In this document: one piece after another, positions 21,861 to 34,600 of the stretch
Layout: every line of letters starts with the position of its first letter
Position numbering within the stretch: position 1 is the first letter of the stretch
NCBI GenBank assembly: GCA_000708835.1
Contig: DF237082.1
Location: forward strand, 1 to 64,000
Direction of reading: 5' to 3'
DNA: 64,000 bases
DNA from: Klebsormidium nitens
Taxonomy: Eukaryota; Plantae; Klebsormidiophyceae
Made by a program: the position numbers and the translations under genes
The notes under the pieces: generated by a model
The model's database searches: none
What the model saw: only the letters and a program-made list of their open reading frames with translations
What the model was told of the DNA's origin: nothing

Positions 21861-22632
21861 TATCAATGTGCGCGCGCTCCTCCAGGTGTCACCAGCCGCA
21901 GGAAGATATGGTGGCGGCGGCTGTGGCTGGCAGGCGGCTCCGAGTCCAAGTTCCTCAACTCTGGCGCCATTATGCAGGGGGTTGGTGCTCCTTGAGCGCA
22001 GATTGGTGGGACATTTGAATCCTTGGTGGGGCAGGTCGGACGGAAGCAGGGGATGCAGGATTGTAGGAACAGGGAACTGCATCTGGTTCCTGAATGCATG
22101 GATTTGAAAGGCATTGGCGGCATCAGATGCTCTCACATGAAGCATTGAAGGTTCTCACAATTCTGAAACTTTGGGGCCGAGTCTCCTTCCTTTTTGTCTT
22201 TGGTCGAGTAGACTCGAGCAGCAGTCTCCTTCTTGTTGTCTGAAGACTGCCTTCCTCTGTCAGGGAAGTGCAGAGTCCTGTCCTGCGCGAATGTTTGTGG
22301 AGAGGCGCCACAGTAGGATTAGTGTAAAGGACTCGTTAAGAAGGTCAAGTCCTGTCATAGGCCGCCTTTGCAACATCTACACTAGGGTTGTAATCCAAGA
22401 TACATCGAGACCGTGTAATCTTGAACAAAGCGTTGCGATACCAGGCTCTTGGCGCTTTTAGGGTTTGAGCGACCTCGCGGAATGTAGAGTACCACGGGGC
22501 TTGCCGCTTCGAGATCGTCGATCCGCCAGCAGGCCTGGGCTTCCAAAGTTAACGGCAGTCCGCTTCGCAACTGAAGATCTCGCATTTCGTCATTAGAGAA
22601 GCTGCGAGCACTTCTTTAGGGAAAGCAGCTCA

Positions 22633-25600
22633 ATGGGGTGCGTCACCAGCAAGGCAGTGGACGCCAGCGGCCACCCGGAGCCGCCCCCCACCACGCAGGG
22701 CCATAGCAACCCCCCTTCCGCAGTGACGAGCCTCCCAACCCTAAAAGGCGCCTCGAAAGTCGCGAAATCCTCTAGCTCGCTGGTTGATGCGCTGGACCTA
22801 AGTGGTGCTTCTGGCCTCTCCGGGCCCCCAAAACGGCCGCTGCTGCTGGAGGGGGGGGTGGCAAAACCGGCCATGCCGGTCTCGGGGCCCACAGTCGTAA
22901 AAGTGCCCGGCGCTAGTTATGCCCTCCGTTATGCCGCCCTCTCGCAGCGGGGTTACTACCCGGACTCTCCGGATAAAGCCAACCAGGACGCGTATACTAT
23001 CCGAGCGCCGTACGGCGGGAGTGCGGATGACCATTTCTTTGGGGTCTTTGACGGTGAGCGGAGGGTCTAGCTCAGCTTTGTATTGCATCGGTTTGAAGGA
23101 CCACTTTGAGCTTTTTCATTTTATGTTGTAAGTCGCTTGCCTGCGGATAGCAACGTGGGTTATGGAAGGATCACACGTTGTGGCGTCGTGCGCGTAAGGC
23201 TTGCTCTCGCCTCATCTTTGCCCTGCTTTGATTGAACATCGCGACCGTGGTCTATTCAGCCAACTCGTTTGGCTGCTCTCAACCAAAGTTTTGCCTGCCA
23301 GGTCACGGTGAGAACGGCACTGCGTGTGCCGTGTTTGCCAAAGACCGCATCCCTGACAACCTGGCCAAAAGCAAAATGTTCCGAGGGGACGTAGTGCAAG
23401 CATTCCACTCCAGTTTTGTGCAAACCAACGCTCAGATGCACCGGTCCGCACTGGACGACTCCATGAGCGGAACCACAGGCAAGCATCTCTTACTTCGGAG
23501 CCCACTCTTATCATACAGGTGGAGCCACAGGCCAAGCCTGGATAGTTCTTCAGCATAGCTGCGCCTCCGCTCGACATCTAGTTTTTTTGCCCGCTTACAG
23601 TTCTGTTACATCAGCTCACACAAGTGTTCTGATTGAGTAAGAGCTTGCTCAGATTGTCCAACTCTTGCAGCTCAGGCGCACTACTGTAGTAGACGGGTTT
23701 CTTTCAAGTCGGATCCTTATCAATATCTTATGTTCTGGTCGAAGTCAACGAGGCTCCGACCTTTTGGATTGGTTTCCCGCAGCATTGGATTTTCAGAGAT
23801 CCTTGAACATCTGCAGACAGCCAGATTACGAAAGGTTCGTCAAACATATCGGGCCGTGATTTGATTGCACCGTATGGTCCCGTGCAGGTATCACGGTGCT
23901 CGTGCGCGGGCGCACCCTCTACTGCGGCAACGTGGGCGACTCCCGCGCCGTCCTTGCGGAGCGGAAGGGCAAGAAGCTCGTTGCCGTCGACCTCTCCAGC
24001 GACCAGACCCCCTTCCGGGCCGATGAGTGCGAGCGTGTTCGACTATGCGGCGCTCGTGTCTTGACACTCGATCAGCTTGAGGGGTTGAAAGATCCCAATG
24101 TGCAGACGTGGGGCGGAGAGGAGGACGATGATGGGGATCCCCCTCGGCTGTGGGTTCCGAATGGGATGTATCCTGGAACAGCGTTCACGAGAAGCATAGG
24201 GGATAGTGTTGCGGAGCGGATTGGGGTGAATGCGGTCCCGGAGGTGCGGACGTTGGATCTGACGCCAGCGCACGCGTTCTTCGTGGTGGCGAGCGACGGC
24301 GTCTTTGAGTTCCTATCCAGCCAGACGGTGGTCGACATGGTGAGCAACTAGAGCAGCTTTTCTCGTGTGGAATGAACCTGAACGCTTTGATGTTCCCTCA
24401 AATTCCATCTTCTCTTTGAGTTGACAATGAGCGTTTGCCGAATGGAGTCGTTCATTGAGTGTCTGCCAGCTCCGAATCGACCCCTGGAGTCGCTGGCGCC
24501 TTTTACGGGCAACCCGGACCTCCTTTAAAGGTTACGACCTTTGACTCGAGCCTCGAATCAGCTGACACTGAGGAGCTTAGCCACTCGTTTCAGCCAGTTG
24601 GAATTGTTGGCCAAGTGCAATGTGTGACAGCAAATCTTGCTGCGCCTCGTGCAAAGTTTTAATCAAGTTTGCTTCCACAATTTTCACGACTTGGTGTATG
24701 AACGAACATGCGATTCTCATCGGGACTTACTCTTGCGGTTGCTGAAGGATGTCCTGCTAGGTCATGGCCGACTTCAGTGTGCGTCTTGAAGGCAGAGGAG
24801 TCGCCAAACTGCTCTTCTGAGCATGGGAGTCAAAGCAGGCAACAAGCTGACACCTGGCCTTGCTCCTGACCTGCATTCGCATTTGCAGGTGAGCAAGTTC
24901 GAGAACCCGCAAGACGCGTGCGCGGCGATCGTGGCGGAGTCGTACCGGCTGTGGCTGCAGTATGAGACGCGCACGGATGACATCACGGTCATCATTGTGC
25001 ACATCGATGGGTTGGAGGAGGTGAGCCGACCACACGTGCGTCCTCCCTTCTACATTCTTTGCTTCCGGTACTGAGCTGGATGGACGCCCCTCGGCTTCTG
25101 GGGATCGAGTGCTGATGAGTTTCCCTGTCCATCTTACTTTTGGCACTGGAAGCCCCGCCGATCCTTTTAGCGACATAGGCTGGGAGAAGGGGCAGATCAC
25201 CCCTACATTTCATTTGATAAAGTACTCCTCAATTTTCGACAGCTGATTGTTCGCGCGCCCACTAAAATCAATCTCTACATATTTCTCCTTCCTAGCATCT
25301 TCGCGTTACAGCCGGATCGTGCTCCTTGTGACCAATCTCCGATCCTGGGCTATCCTCTCCAAGATTATGCTGTTCCAATCAAGTCCGTCAAGAATCTCCC
25401 ATTCTGAAAGAAGATCTTCTCCATCTTCTAATCAACAACCTCATATCTTGAGAAAAACACGACCTCTGCTCCAGGTCGTACCTCCCTCGTCTCAGCTTCC
25501 GGGCCAAGTGTTGGCCCCTCCTTCCGCCGCCCCCACCGTCAAAGCTGCCCGCTCCTCAGTGGTCCGGCCCCTGTCCCCAGCGCGACCCGTGCGGCGAGGC

Positions 25601-28600
25601 CCCTCGAAGGCGCGGCGAGCGTCGATCGAGCGGGAGGGAGGGGTGGAGCGAGAAGTGCCCACTGGGGCGGAGGAGGTTGCATGGGTGCCCCATCCGCAGG
25701 CAGAGAAACCTTCGGTGAGGCTTCCGCTCTAGTTCCATCGCAGGTTTGGGAGGTTTTTTCAAGCGGCGATACTGCTTTGCAGGAGCTACTTACGGCTGCC
25801 TTTCAGCAGACTTGTTGCGCTGTTGCCAGCGCCTGATAGTTTCTGCTTGTTGTGCGTAGGATGGGGCGCCTTGATAGCAAGCGTCAAGTTTGATACAGAA
25901 AGGATGAAGCTGAGCGATAAAGTCCAAAAAAGCCGTTTATAGGCTGGCAAGCTTTACAAGAACTCTTCAGAAAATTTCTTCTCTGGTCAGTGTTTCCTTG
26001 AAGGAAGAAAAGGAGAGGCTGATCGGCCGCAGCATGCAGCCAAAATCCGAGATGACAAGATGATACGCGTAGGTCAAGCGTACAGTCCGCTGTTTTGCAG
26101 GCGCGCATCATGTCGGCTGTGAGGGCCAACTTCTTGTTTGCCAGCCTGAACGAGCGTCAGATGCGCATGGTGCTGGACTCGCTGGCAAAGGTCCCCGTGG
26201 CAGCGGGAGAGTTCGTCATTCGGAGAGTGAGCACCCGCAGCTTTCGCGTGCGCACGTTTGAAGAAGTTTAGCTAGGCACTTGCTGTTCGGTGCAACGGAT
26301 TGTCCCACACGTAGAGAGCTGTTGTGCCGGGGGTCCCCTTTCCGCAGGTCACAGTTGCCTGTTCAAAACGTCCTTCCATGATGTTTGAAAGTTCGTCAAA
26401 AGTCGTTCTTGTGGCGAGTGTATGCAACTTCGGTGAATTTTCACCAGGTTGCCCGAAATCCCTTATAACCCTTTCCTAACTCTCACAAGACTGGTCTTCG
26501 CTTTTTCAGCTTACTGGTCTCAGAATCGTCTCGAGTACGTCTATCTTATTGCTCGCTTCTTGTGGCGCAGGGGGACATGGGAGACCGTATGTACTTTGTC
26601 GAGGAGGGACAGTTCGAGGTCTTGAAACCGGAGGTACGTCACCGTTGTTACCAGCATAACACCCTTTTCGGGGATACAGCCTGAGGTTCCTCGTAGCTCC
26701 GTTTTGTCTTCCCATGACGTTGATCGCCCCATTTGCTGAGATTCCTCGTACTGTCCGTCCTGCAAGTGTCACGGTTGTTCCGAAGGCGCCAGTCAATAGA
26801 CTCTGCGCATTATCGCTGATGTTGTAAGCTAGCTTTTCCCCAGAGATACACACCTGTTGTCGCCTCCCATGTCTCAGGATTGCAGGGCGTTCCTCCGGGG
26901 TGGAAGTTGTTCTATCCCGACCGTCTTTCATAACCTGACAGTTCTCCCGGCACTTTGTTTTGCTGCAGCCCTCTGCCCCTGCTAGCGAGCTGGGACCAGT
27001 GGTGCACACATATACCTCCCAAGGCAACCCCTCCTTCGGTGATCTTGCGCTGATGTAAGCACGTTCCCATTCTGGGCAGATAGCGCGCTGATTAGGCAAG
27101 GATGTCTCCCGGGCGTGTCGAGTCTGATTGAACGGTGTAAGTAAGAACTCCATGGAATGGTCCCCTTTGAGTTAATCATGTCAAATCGTTCTGTTGGCAA
27201 ACCGGACCAGCGCTGTTATATGCATGGAGGTTGTCAGTCGGCCAGGTCTTATCGCGGGAGAAGTTGGAAGAGGTTTTTGTCCTGAGAGTTACAGCAAGCC
27301 TTGCGAGGTGGTGACTGCGGGCGTGCTGTGACCGCTCGCTCATTCAACTCTTTTCAACCCTTCTTCTTAAATCTCTTTGGATGTCGGGATACTTTTGTAG
27401 AACTTGGTAAGGGTCCATCATCCTGACGTTTCATTCGGTCTACCCAAACCAAAGCAGTCAGTCTACTGAGACCAAAGCAGTATGCTGAAGCAACCCAAAA
27501 ACTCCCCAGCTTTCAAGTACTACGTTAAAGCACGAGCTGCAGTCCTTCCAATCTGCGGATAAGACATCACTGTTTAAGGGTCTTTACACACAGGGCGGGT
27601 GTTCTTTTTCGCAACTNNNNNNNNNNNNNNNNNNNNNNNNNNNNNNNNNNNNNNNNNNNNNNNNNNNNNNNNNNNNNNNNNNNNNNNNNNNNNNNNNNNN
27701 NNNNNNNNNNNNNNNNNNNNNNNNNNNNNNNNNNNNNNNNNNNNNNNNNNNNNNNNNNNNNNNNNNNNNNNNNNNNNNNNNNNNNNNNNNNNNNNNNNNN
27801 NNNNNNNNNNNNNNNNNNNNNNNNNNNNNNNNNNNNNNNNNNNNNNNNNNNNNNNNNNNNNNNNNNNNNNNNNNNNNNNNNNNNNNNNNNNNNNNNNNNN
27901 NNNNNNNNNNNNNNNNNNNNNNNNNNNNNNNNNNNNNNNNNNNNNNNNNNNNNNNNNNNNNNNNNNNNNNNNNNNNNNNNNNNNNNNNNNNNNNNNNNNN
28001 NNNNNNNNNNNNNNNNNNNNNNNNNNNNNNNNNNNNNNNNNNNNNNNNNNNNNNNNNNNNNNNNNNNNNNNNNNNNNNNNNNNNNNNNNNNNNNNNNNNN
28101 NNNNNNNNNNNNNNNNNNNNNNNNNNNNNNNNNNNNNNNNNNNNNNNNNNNNNNNNNNNNNNNNNNNNNNNNNNNNNNNNNNNNNNNNNNNNNNNNNNNN
28201 NNNNNNNNNNNNNNNNNNNNNNNNNNNNNNNNNNNNNNNNNNNNNNNNNNNNNNNNNNNNNNNNNNNNNNNNNNNNNNNNNNNNNNNNNNNNNNNNNNNN
28301 NNNNNNNNNNNNNNNNNNNNNNNNNNNNNNNNNNNNNNNNNNNNNNNNNNNNNNNNNNNNNNNNNNNNNNNNNNNNNNNNNNNNNNNNNNNNNNNNCGTA
28401 CGCGTTGGCGAATTGGCAAAAACACCCGTGGTGTTTTTCTGGCGACGGTACCGCTGCGACCCCTGCTGTATTGTCGATCGAAACAAAAAACACCCGCTCT
28501 CTGTGTAAAGGCCCTAAAACTCCGAATCTTTACATCTTGCAGTTACAACAAGCCCCGCGAGGCGTCGATTCGCGCCATCACCGCGGGCGTGCTGTGGGCG

Positions 28601-31600
28601 CTCGACCGTGCGGCCTTCCGGGGATCCCTCCACAAGAGCACCAACCGCAAGCTGCTCAAAACGCTGCGCAGCGCCGATCTTCTGCGCTCGCTGCACCACT
28701 CGCAGCTGCAGCGCCTCGCCGACGCGGCCACCGAGGTGTGCTACGCGGCGGGACACGTCATCTTGAAAGAGGTGAGCGGTTTCGTCGTTGCCATTTCCTC
28801 CAGAACAGAAAGAAAGCGCTTGAGAAAAAAATGTTGCAAAGGCGTGCTGTGCCGAGGGGCACGTCATCTTGAAGGCAGTGAGCCCTTTCACCTTTGCCAG
28901 CCGTCGACAAAGGAAGTCGTTGTATCGAGCCTGGGAACTGCGTGTTGCAGAATCAGGAGGTGTCAGACTGTCGTTTCCTGTTCCGAATGTACTGCCCCTA
29001 CTAATTGAGCGGTCCGGCATGCCGATCATCGGCCATTCGAAGTTTGCTGACCCTAGACCCTCTGAAGTTTTCGTAGCACATTGGCAGCGTCATTTCTTGC
29101 AAACGTGAGTACAAGCCTGCTGCGCGCTTGGACATCGTTCGCTGCTAAACCAGCTCCGTTTTCAGTCCTTTGTGAATTCGATTCGCCCAAGACCAATACC
29201 GACTAGAATGTTCTGGGTTTCCGTCCAATTCGGGTTTGGGTCATAGGCCCAAATATCAACGTCCCATAGTGCTTCGACTCTTGACTCATTCGTCTTCGAA
29301 CTTGCCGCAGGGGGAGGAGAGTGAGGCGATGTTCATAATAGAACAAGGGGAGGTTGAAATTTCACCGTTGACTGCCAACGGCGCCTTGCACGCAAACGCG
29401 GACGTGGGAAAGGAGGAGGGCACGTCAGGCTCTGGTGCGCACACCTCCTCTTGTTCTCAGTGGGTTAAGTCATGATTGGCTAGGGCCACTAAAATAAGGC
29501 GGGCTGGGCTCGGTCAATAGACGGGTTACATTGTCTGAATCAGGCATGCCTTCTAAGCTGGACACAATGTTCAGTGCACGCTTCTTTGACTTGGAAACGA
29601 AACAAGAAACAGGTTTTGAAGCTGGTAATTGGAGCCGAATTCTTACGAGCTGAGAGGTGTGCTTGCGTTGGGTCGAACAGGTCAAAACGTGCTTCAATTG
29701 CCCGATCAGTAGCCAGAATGTCAGGTTACAAGCGTTCCTTACCTCAAGACGTCGCATCCAAGCAACGACTCCGAATCTTACGAGTAAGCACGGGGACAAC
29801 TTCGTCAGCGCACCTTTTGAGAGTACGTACATTCCAAAACTTCCTTTCAAGCAACGAACCATCTTAAGCTCCGTCCCTCCCGGTGACTTGCAGACACCCA
29901 CCCCCTTGCAGTGCGCATGTTGGGCCCCGGGGGCTGTTTCGGTGATGGGGTCCGACATGGGGGGGTCCGCCGGGCGGGGCGGCGCGGTGGTTGCCCGGGG
30001 GGTGGTCACCTGCCTGCTAGTGAACAAGGAGCTGCTACAGGATGTCCACGGGGGACCGCTCGCCACATTGCAAGACCACTTGCACAGGTGAGGCTGTGCG
30101 GGGGTCGGGTTTTTAGGCTGTGATCCTCTGGGGTGACAATTTTGGAGGTCTCAGGCTCTGGCGAACCGGACTTCGAGCTTATAATTCGATCGTTCGGGGC
30201 TCAAATCTTCTGCGAGGAAGGACGCGCGAAGCGACTTTTGCAAACAGTGGTCTGACACCGTTCGGTCCGATACTGTGGGTTCGTGAGAGTCAGGGTCGTT
30301 AGCCGGGGCCGGACTCGCTTCGTTCATCTTTTTCCGCTTCATGCAAGCACGGTTGTAAGACCAGACGGAGAGGGAGCTGAAGCCGTGATGTCAAAGGGGT
30401 TCATACAGGTCCTGTGGCTCCCTTCTGTCGGAGACGGACAGTCTCCCAGGCCTGCAGGTGGAGCGGCAGACATGCATGTCCGCAGCAATGAAACAAGAAT
30501 GAACGCTCGCTGTATGTTGGAGAGGCGGTCGATGTTTTCTGAGTTCTACTCGAGGAAGAATGGGTGCAGGAGAACAACTGGCCAATTTTAAAACGTCCGC
30601 TCTGCTCGTGTCCCGTAGCTTCGGTAGAGCAGCTCCATGGAAAGAGTGCTTTCTTTCAGAACGCCAAATTTTCTTATCCTAGAACATACAGCTTAAATGT
30701 CTTGGCGTTGACCTTCCTTCTTAGGATCAACAAAGAAAAATAAAGAAGACCGAAATTCCTGGGATCTACAAAGAAGAGTAAAGAAAAACACTTGAATGGT
30801 GGCCTGATGATTTTTTGGAAACGTTCCTCGCGCTTGCAGGTTGAGTGAGGGGCCCGACGAGGGAGGGAGCACCAGCAGTCGGGGGCTGCAGGTGGTGAAT
30901 CCGTTTGCGGGGACGAGAATGGAAGACTTGGTGAGCTCCTGCAGCCTTTGCTTGCGGCGTCGCTTGTCTGCTCAGCAATGTGGTTCCGTGTCACGAGCTG
31001 CGTGTTGCTAGATGAAGATTCTGTAGTTCTCGATTGCATGAAGGGTAACAGCAACACTTCACTAAAACGTAAAGCAATAGTTCTATGCTCCGCGCCCGTA
31101 CCCAGCCTACCCACCTACCCAACCCCACCCGGTGCAATCACACTCAATGGCGCTTACCCTTCATAAATTGGATACGAATGAAGATTTGTGGACAGAATCA
31201 ACGGCTTCACTCGTTATGTCATTTGGTGCGGATGGTAGCTACTCGTTGACCTTAAATTGAACGCCGTGCGTTTATCTTCGAGGAATGTGTAATAAAACAG
31301 TTGTAAGAAATTGCGAAAGAGTTGGCTTCGATCAGAGCGGTAACTATCCCCTCATCCCGTCTTGGGGACGGCTGTTGTGGATTCCACGCGTGTCACCACT
31401 CTCCCCACCTTGCTCATTTACCTCGAGAGTCCCGTTGAAATTCTCCCGACTTTTCAGGACTCTTTCTTCGATGTTGAGTGGCTTCTACTTGATACTTTGG
31501 CTTTGATGGTGTCACGGGGGTTCTTTCATTAGTGTCTCGAGTTCCATCCGCTGTCACAGGGGCTTTACGAAGATCAGCGGAATGGTCCAGTACTTTTCTG

Positions 31601-34600
31601 AAACCCACAGGAAGTAAAGAAAGCCCGTCGCTTCCCCCGCAGGAGTGGCAGGAGACGGTGTACAGTACTGACGTTTCGGACATCGGGTTGGTGACACACC
31701 AGAAAGCAGGTGCGTCGCTCGCAATCGCTCCTCTCACGGTCCACTTTGCTGGCATAAGATGCACGAGTCGCGAAGATCGCCGCCTGAAGAATCAAGTTTC
31801 AGCTGCTCTTCCTCGGAAGAAGAAAGGATAAACGACCAGTCAAGCAACGGAGTTGGTTGGATTATCATTGCGAAGGTCTCACAGCCTGTAGACCCCGCCC
31901 TGGGCCACGTTTCTTCCCCGTCCAATAATTTCTTCAAGAATTATTTCCTTCCAAGTTCTGCTCTAAGCCCCGCACTACAAAGTCATTCCATTGCCTCCCT
32001 ACCCTGACTACTGTTTTCCCCCTTCTTCACACACCGTGTCCTCCGCAGAGCCCTTCTTCAAGCCCTGCACGAAAATTCTTACCCTTGCCCTTCAATCGAA
32101 CCTGATCCCGCCCTTTTCGTCTTCTCCAGGCAACGTCTTTTCGCTGAAGCGCTTCTCCAAGCCCCGCGTCGCCGCCCACCAGCGCCAGGCGCAGGTCCTT
32201 CGCGAGCGCTCGCTCGTGCTCTCCCTTGCGCCGTCCGTCTTCATCCCGGGCCTCCTCTGCCGGACGTCCGACGCCCTGTCCGTCGGAATGGTCCTCCAGG
32301 CGCGCCTCGCGGGGCCGCTCGTCGCGCTCCTCCCGGATGACGTCAGCGAGGCGACCGCGCAGTTTTATGCTGCGGGGGTGGTCCTCGCGCTCGAGCAGCT
32401 GCACCGCGACGGCGTGCTGTACCGCGGGGTGTGCCTGGACACACTGCTGCTGGACTGCCAGGGACACCTGCAGGTGAGGGGGTTTTAACACCACACTAGA
32501 CATTCTCGGGGTAAGGACACAAACAACCGGATAACGAGCCGCATTTTGGTAACGACGTGCTGTACCGCGGGGTGTGCCTGGACACGCTGCTGCTGCACTG
32601 CCAGGGACACCTGCAGGTGAGGGGGCGTCTCGTCAGTAGGGTGGAAGCACCAAAATAAAGAAGACCGATAGTTACTGTTAGCCACACGGGCGCCTGCGGA
32701 TGTGGGTGCCGCTTCTGGGGTCATCTACTGCAGCTTCCGGAATGTTCCATCCGAGGGCTCGATCGCTGAGGGCAGCTTTCTCACCGTTTTTCCTTGACTC
32801 AAATGATTGAGCATCCCTTTGTGCGACGCCTGACTTCCTCGTCAAGATGCACCCCAAAGCCTGTAGTCCCGCATTGAAGGACCTCTGTCATCCTGAAAGC
32901 ATTTGAGAAAAGGAGTTACTTATTGTGTTCCAAGCAATGTTGTGCCGACTCAACGGCTCGTTCGTCCAAATGCAGAGTTTCCATTCTCTCGTATCCGGTG
33001 TTTGAAGCTCTCCTTTACTTACCTCTTGACTATTTCAGCCGATGAGCACACATTATTTCGAGCTTTCGAACATAGCCCTTGGGATCTTCTTGCGATTCTC
33101 AGCCGACTCGGCCGGAATTTGATACGCATCTTGCTGTCTTCCCAGCTGGCTGACTTCCGCTTCGGGAAGCGGTTATTGGACGGCCGCACGTTTACTCTAT
33201 GCGGGCAGCCGGACTACCTAGCGCCGGAGATGATCAAGGGGGTGGGCCACGACACAGCAGCAGACTGGTGAGGACATTGCATCGTCACCTTTTCATTTGA
33301 GCATCAGGGCTTCGGCCTGCATGACAAAGCCTAGGAATGCAGACCCTGGCAGGAGAAGTTCTGACACCTGCTTTCTGTCAAATATCACGAAACACAGCTT
33401 AAACGGAGCACTGGGAGCCTGTGTTTCGACATTGAAATTCTGATGGCAGCGCTGCAAATCTCGGTAGTCTCCAACGTGTTGTGAGTTGCGGGTTGCTTGT
33501 CCTTTCGGAGCGGTTCGTTTCGTGTGGACCGCTCTTATCAATCTGCTCGGGCTCAAGACCAGCCAGAGGAAGACGGCGCTGTCAGCCGCATAGATTTGGC
33601 GCACAGAGTTTGAGCCTGCTGGGCTTTTCGGCAACCTTTCCTGACGTTGTGTCAAAGGGGCCATGAAAGATAGCAGTCGGGAATTGGACCAACGCACTTA
33701 AACCTGCCGACACTTATAAACCGCTGGTGTGAAAGAGCACTACTCTGATTCTTCTTGACGAACAGTTGGTTCTGCTGAGCTGGGGCCCTGTCTGACGGGA
33801 TGTCGTTCTTTCTCAGGTGGGCATTGGGCGTGCTCATCTTCTGCCTGCTAGCTGGCGAGGCCCCCTTCGGCAACGTCCGGGACAGCGAGTTGGCCATCTT
33901 TGAGCGGATCACCAAACGGGAGCTTCATTTCCCGGACCACTTCTCGAGCGAGGCCAAAGATCTGATTGACAAGGTGGGAGCCGCGGTGCTTTCTGTTTTG
34001 TTACACCCCCTCATTTGTTGGTAGTCATTTGGCTCTTCTCCTGGGCTGCTCGAGGAAGTTGCTTCATCATATGGAAGGGGGGTCGGATCTCAAGGATTAA
34101 ATTTTGAAGGTCAGAAAGATGGAGGTCAAATCCTGGTTTCTTACGTTGTCTGGTTGGCGTGTTTCGTCCTTAAGGCGAGAGTATCAGCCTTTTGACAGAT
34201 TGGTACTCGACATGATTACGTTTGCTACCCACGGGGTCTGGGGGAGCTCTGTCGTCTGGACTGCAGTGACTCTACCTGATGAACAGCAGGATTATGCGTC
34301 AGGTAAAGTCCAAAGCAGGACCGAGCAACCAGAAAGAGCATCATGTGTAGTGGCGCGCTACTTCGATTCCCTTCAGCGGCTGAAAAGCACGAAGCAAAGA
34401 GAATCGTAAAGATCTGAGGCCGGCTTAACCCTCTTTTCCACTGTCCTGACTTGGGCGCCCCGCAGAACCTCTCTCGTTGGTACGAAGACGCGCTGATTGT
34501 CGTGAATCTCAATGTCAGACGATGCTCCTGTTCCGCTGCAGTTGCTGGTGGTCAACCCGGCGCAGCGTCTAGGCTGCACAGGCGTCGACGTTTTGAAAGC

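Noticed and set aside
25715-26100. Missing micro-exon (about 4 aa, WEEE-like) before cNBD1
   Set aside because: The only candidate would require a 29-nt intron; the direct join 25714->26101 is in frame, so a small deletion relative to land-plant orthologues suffices.
27567-29008. Long ORFs of 283-469 aa in the ORF track
   Set aside because: They are artefacts of translating through 780 N.
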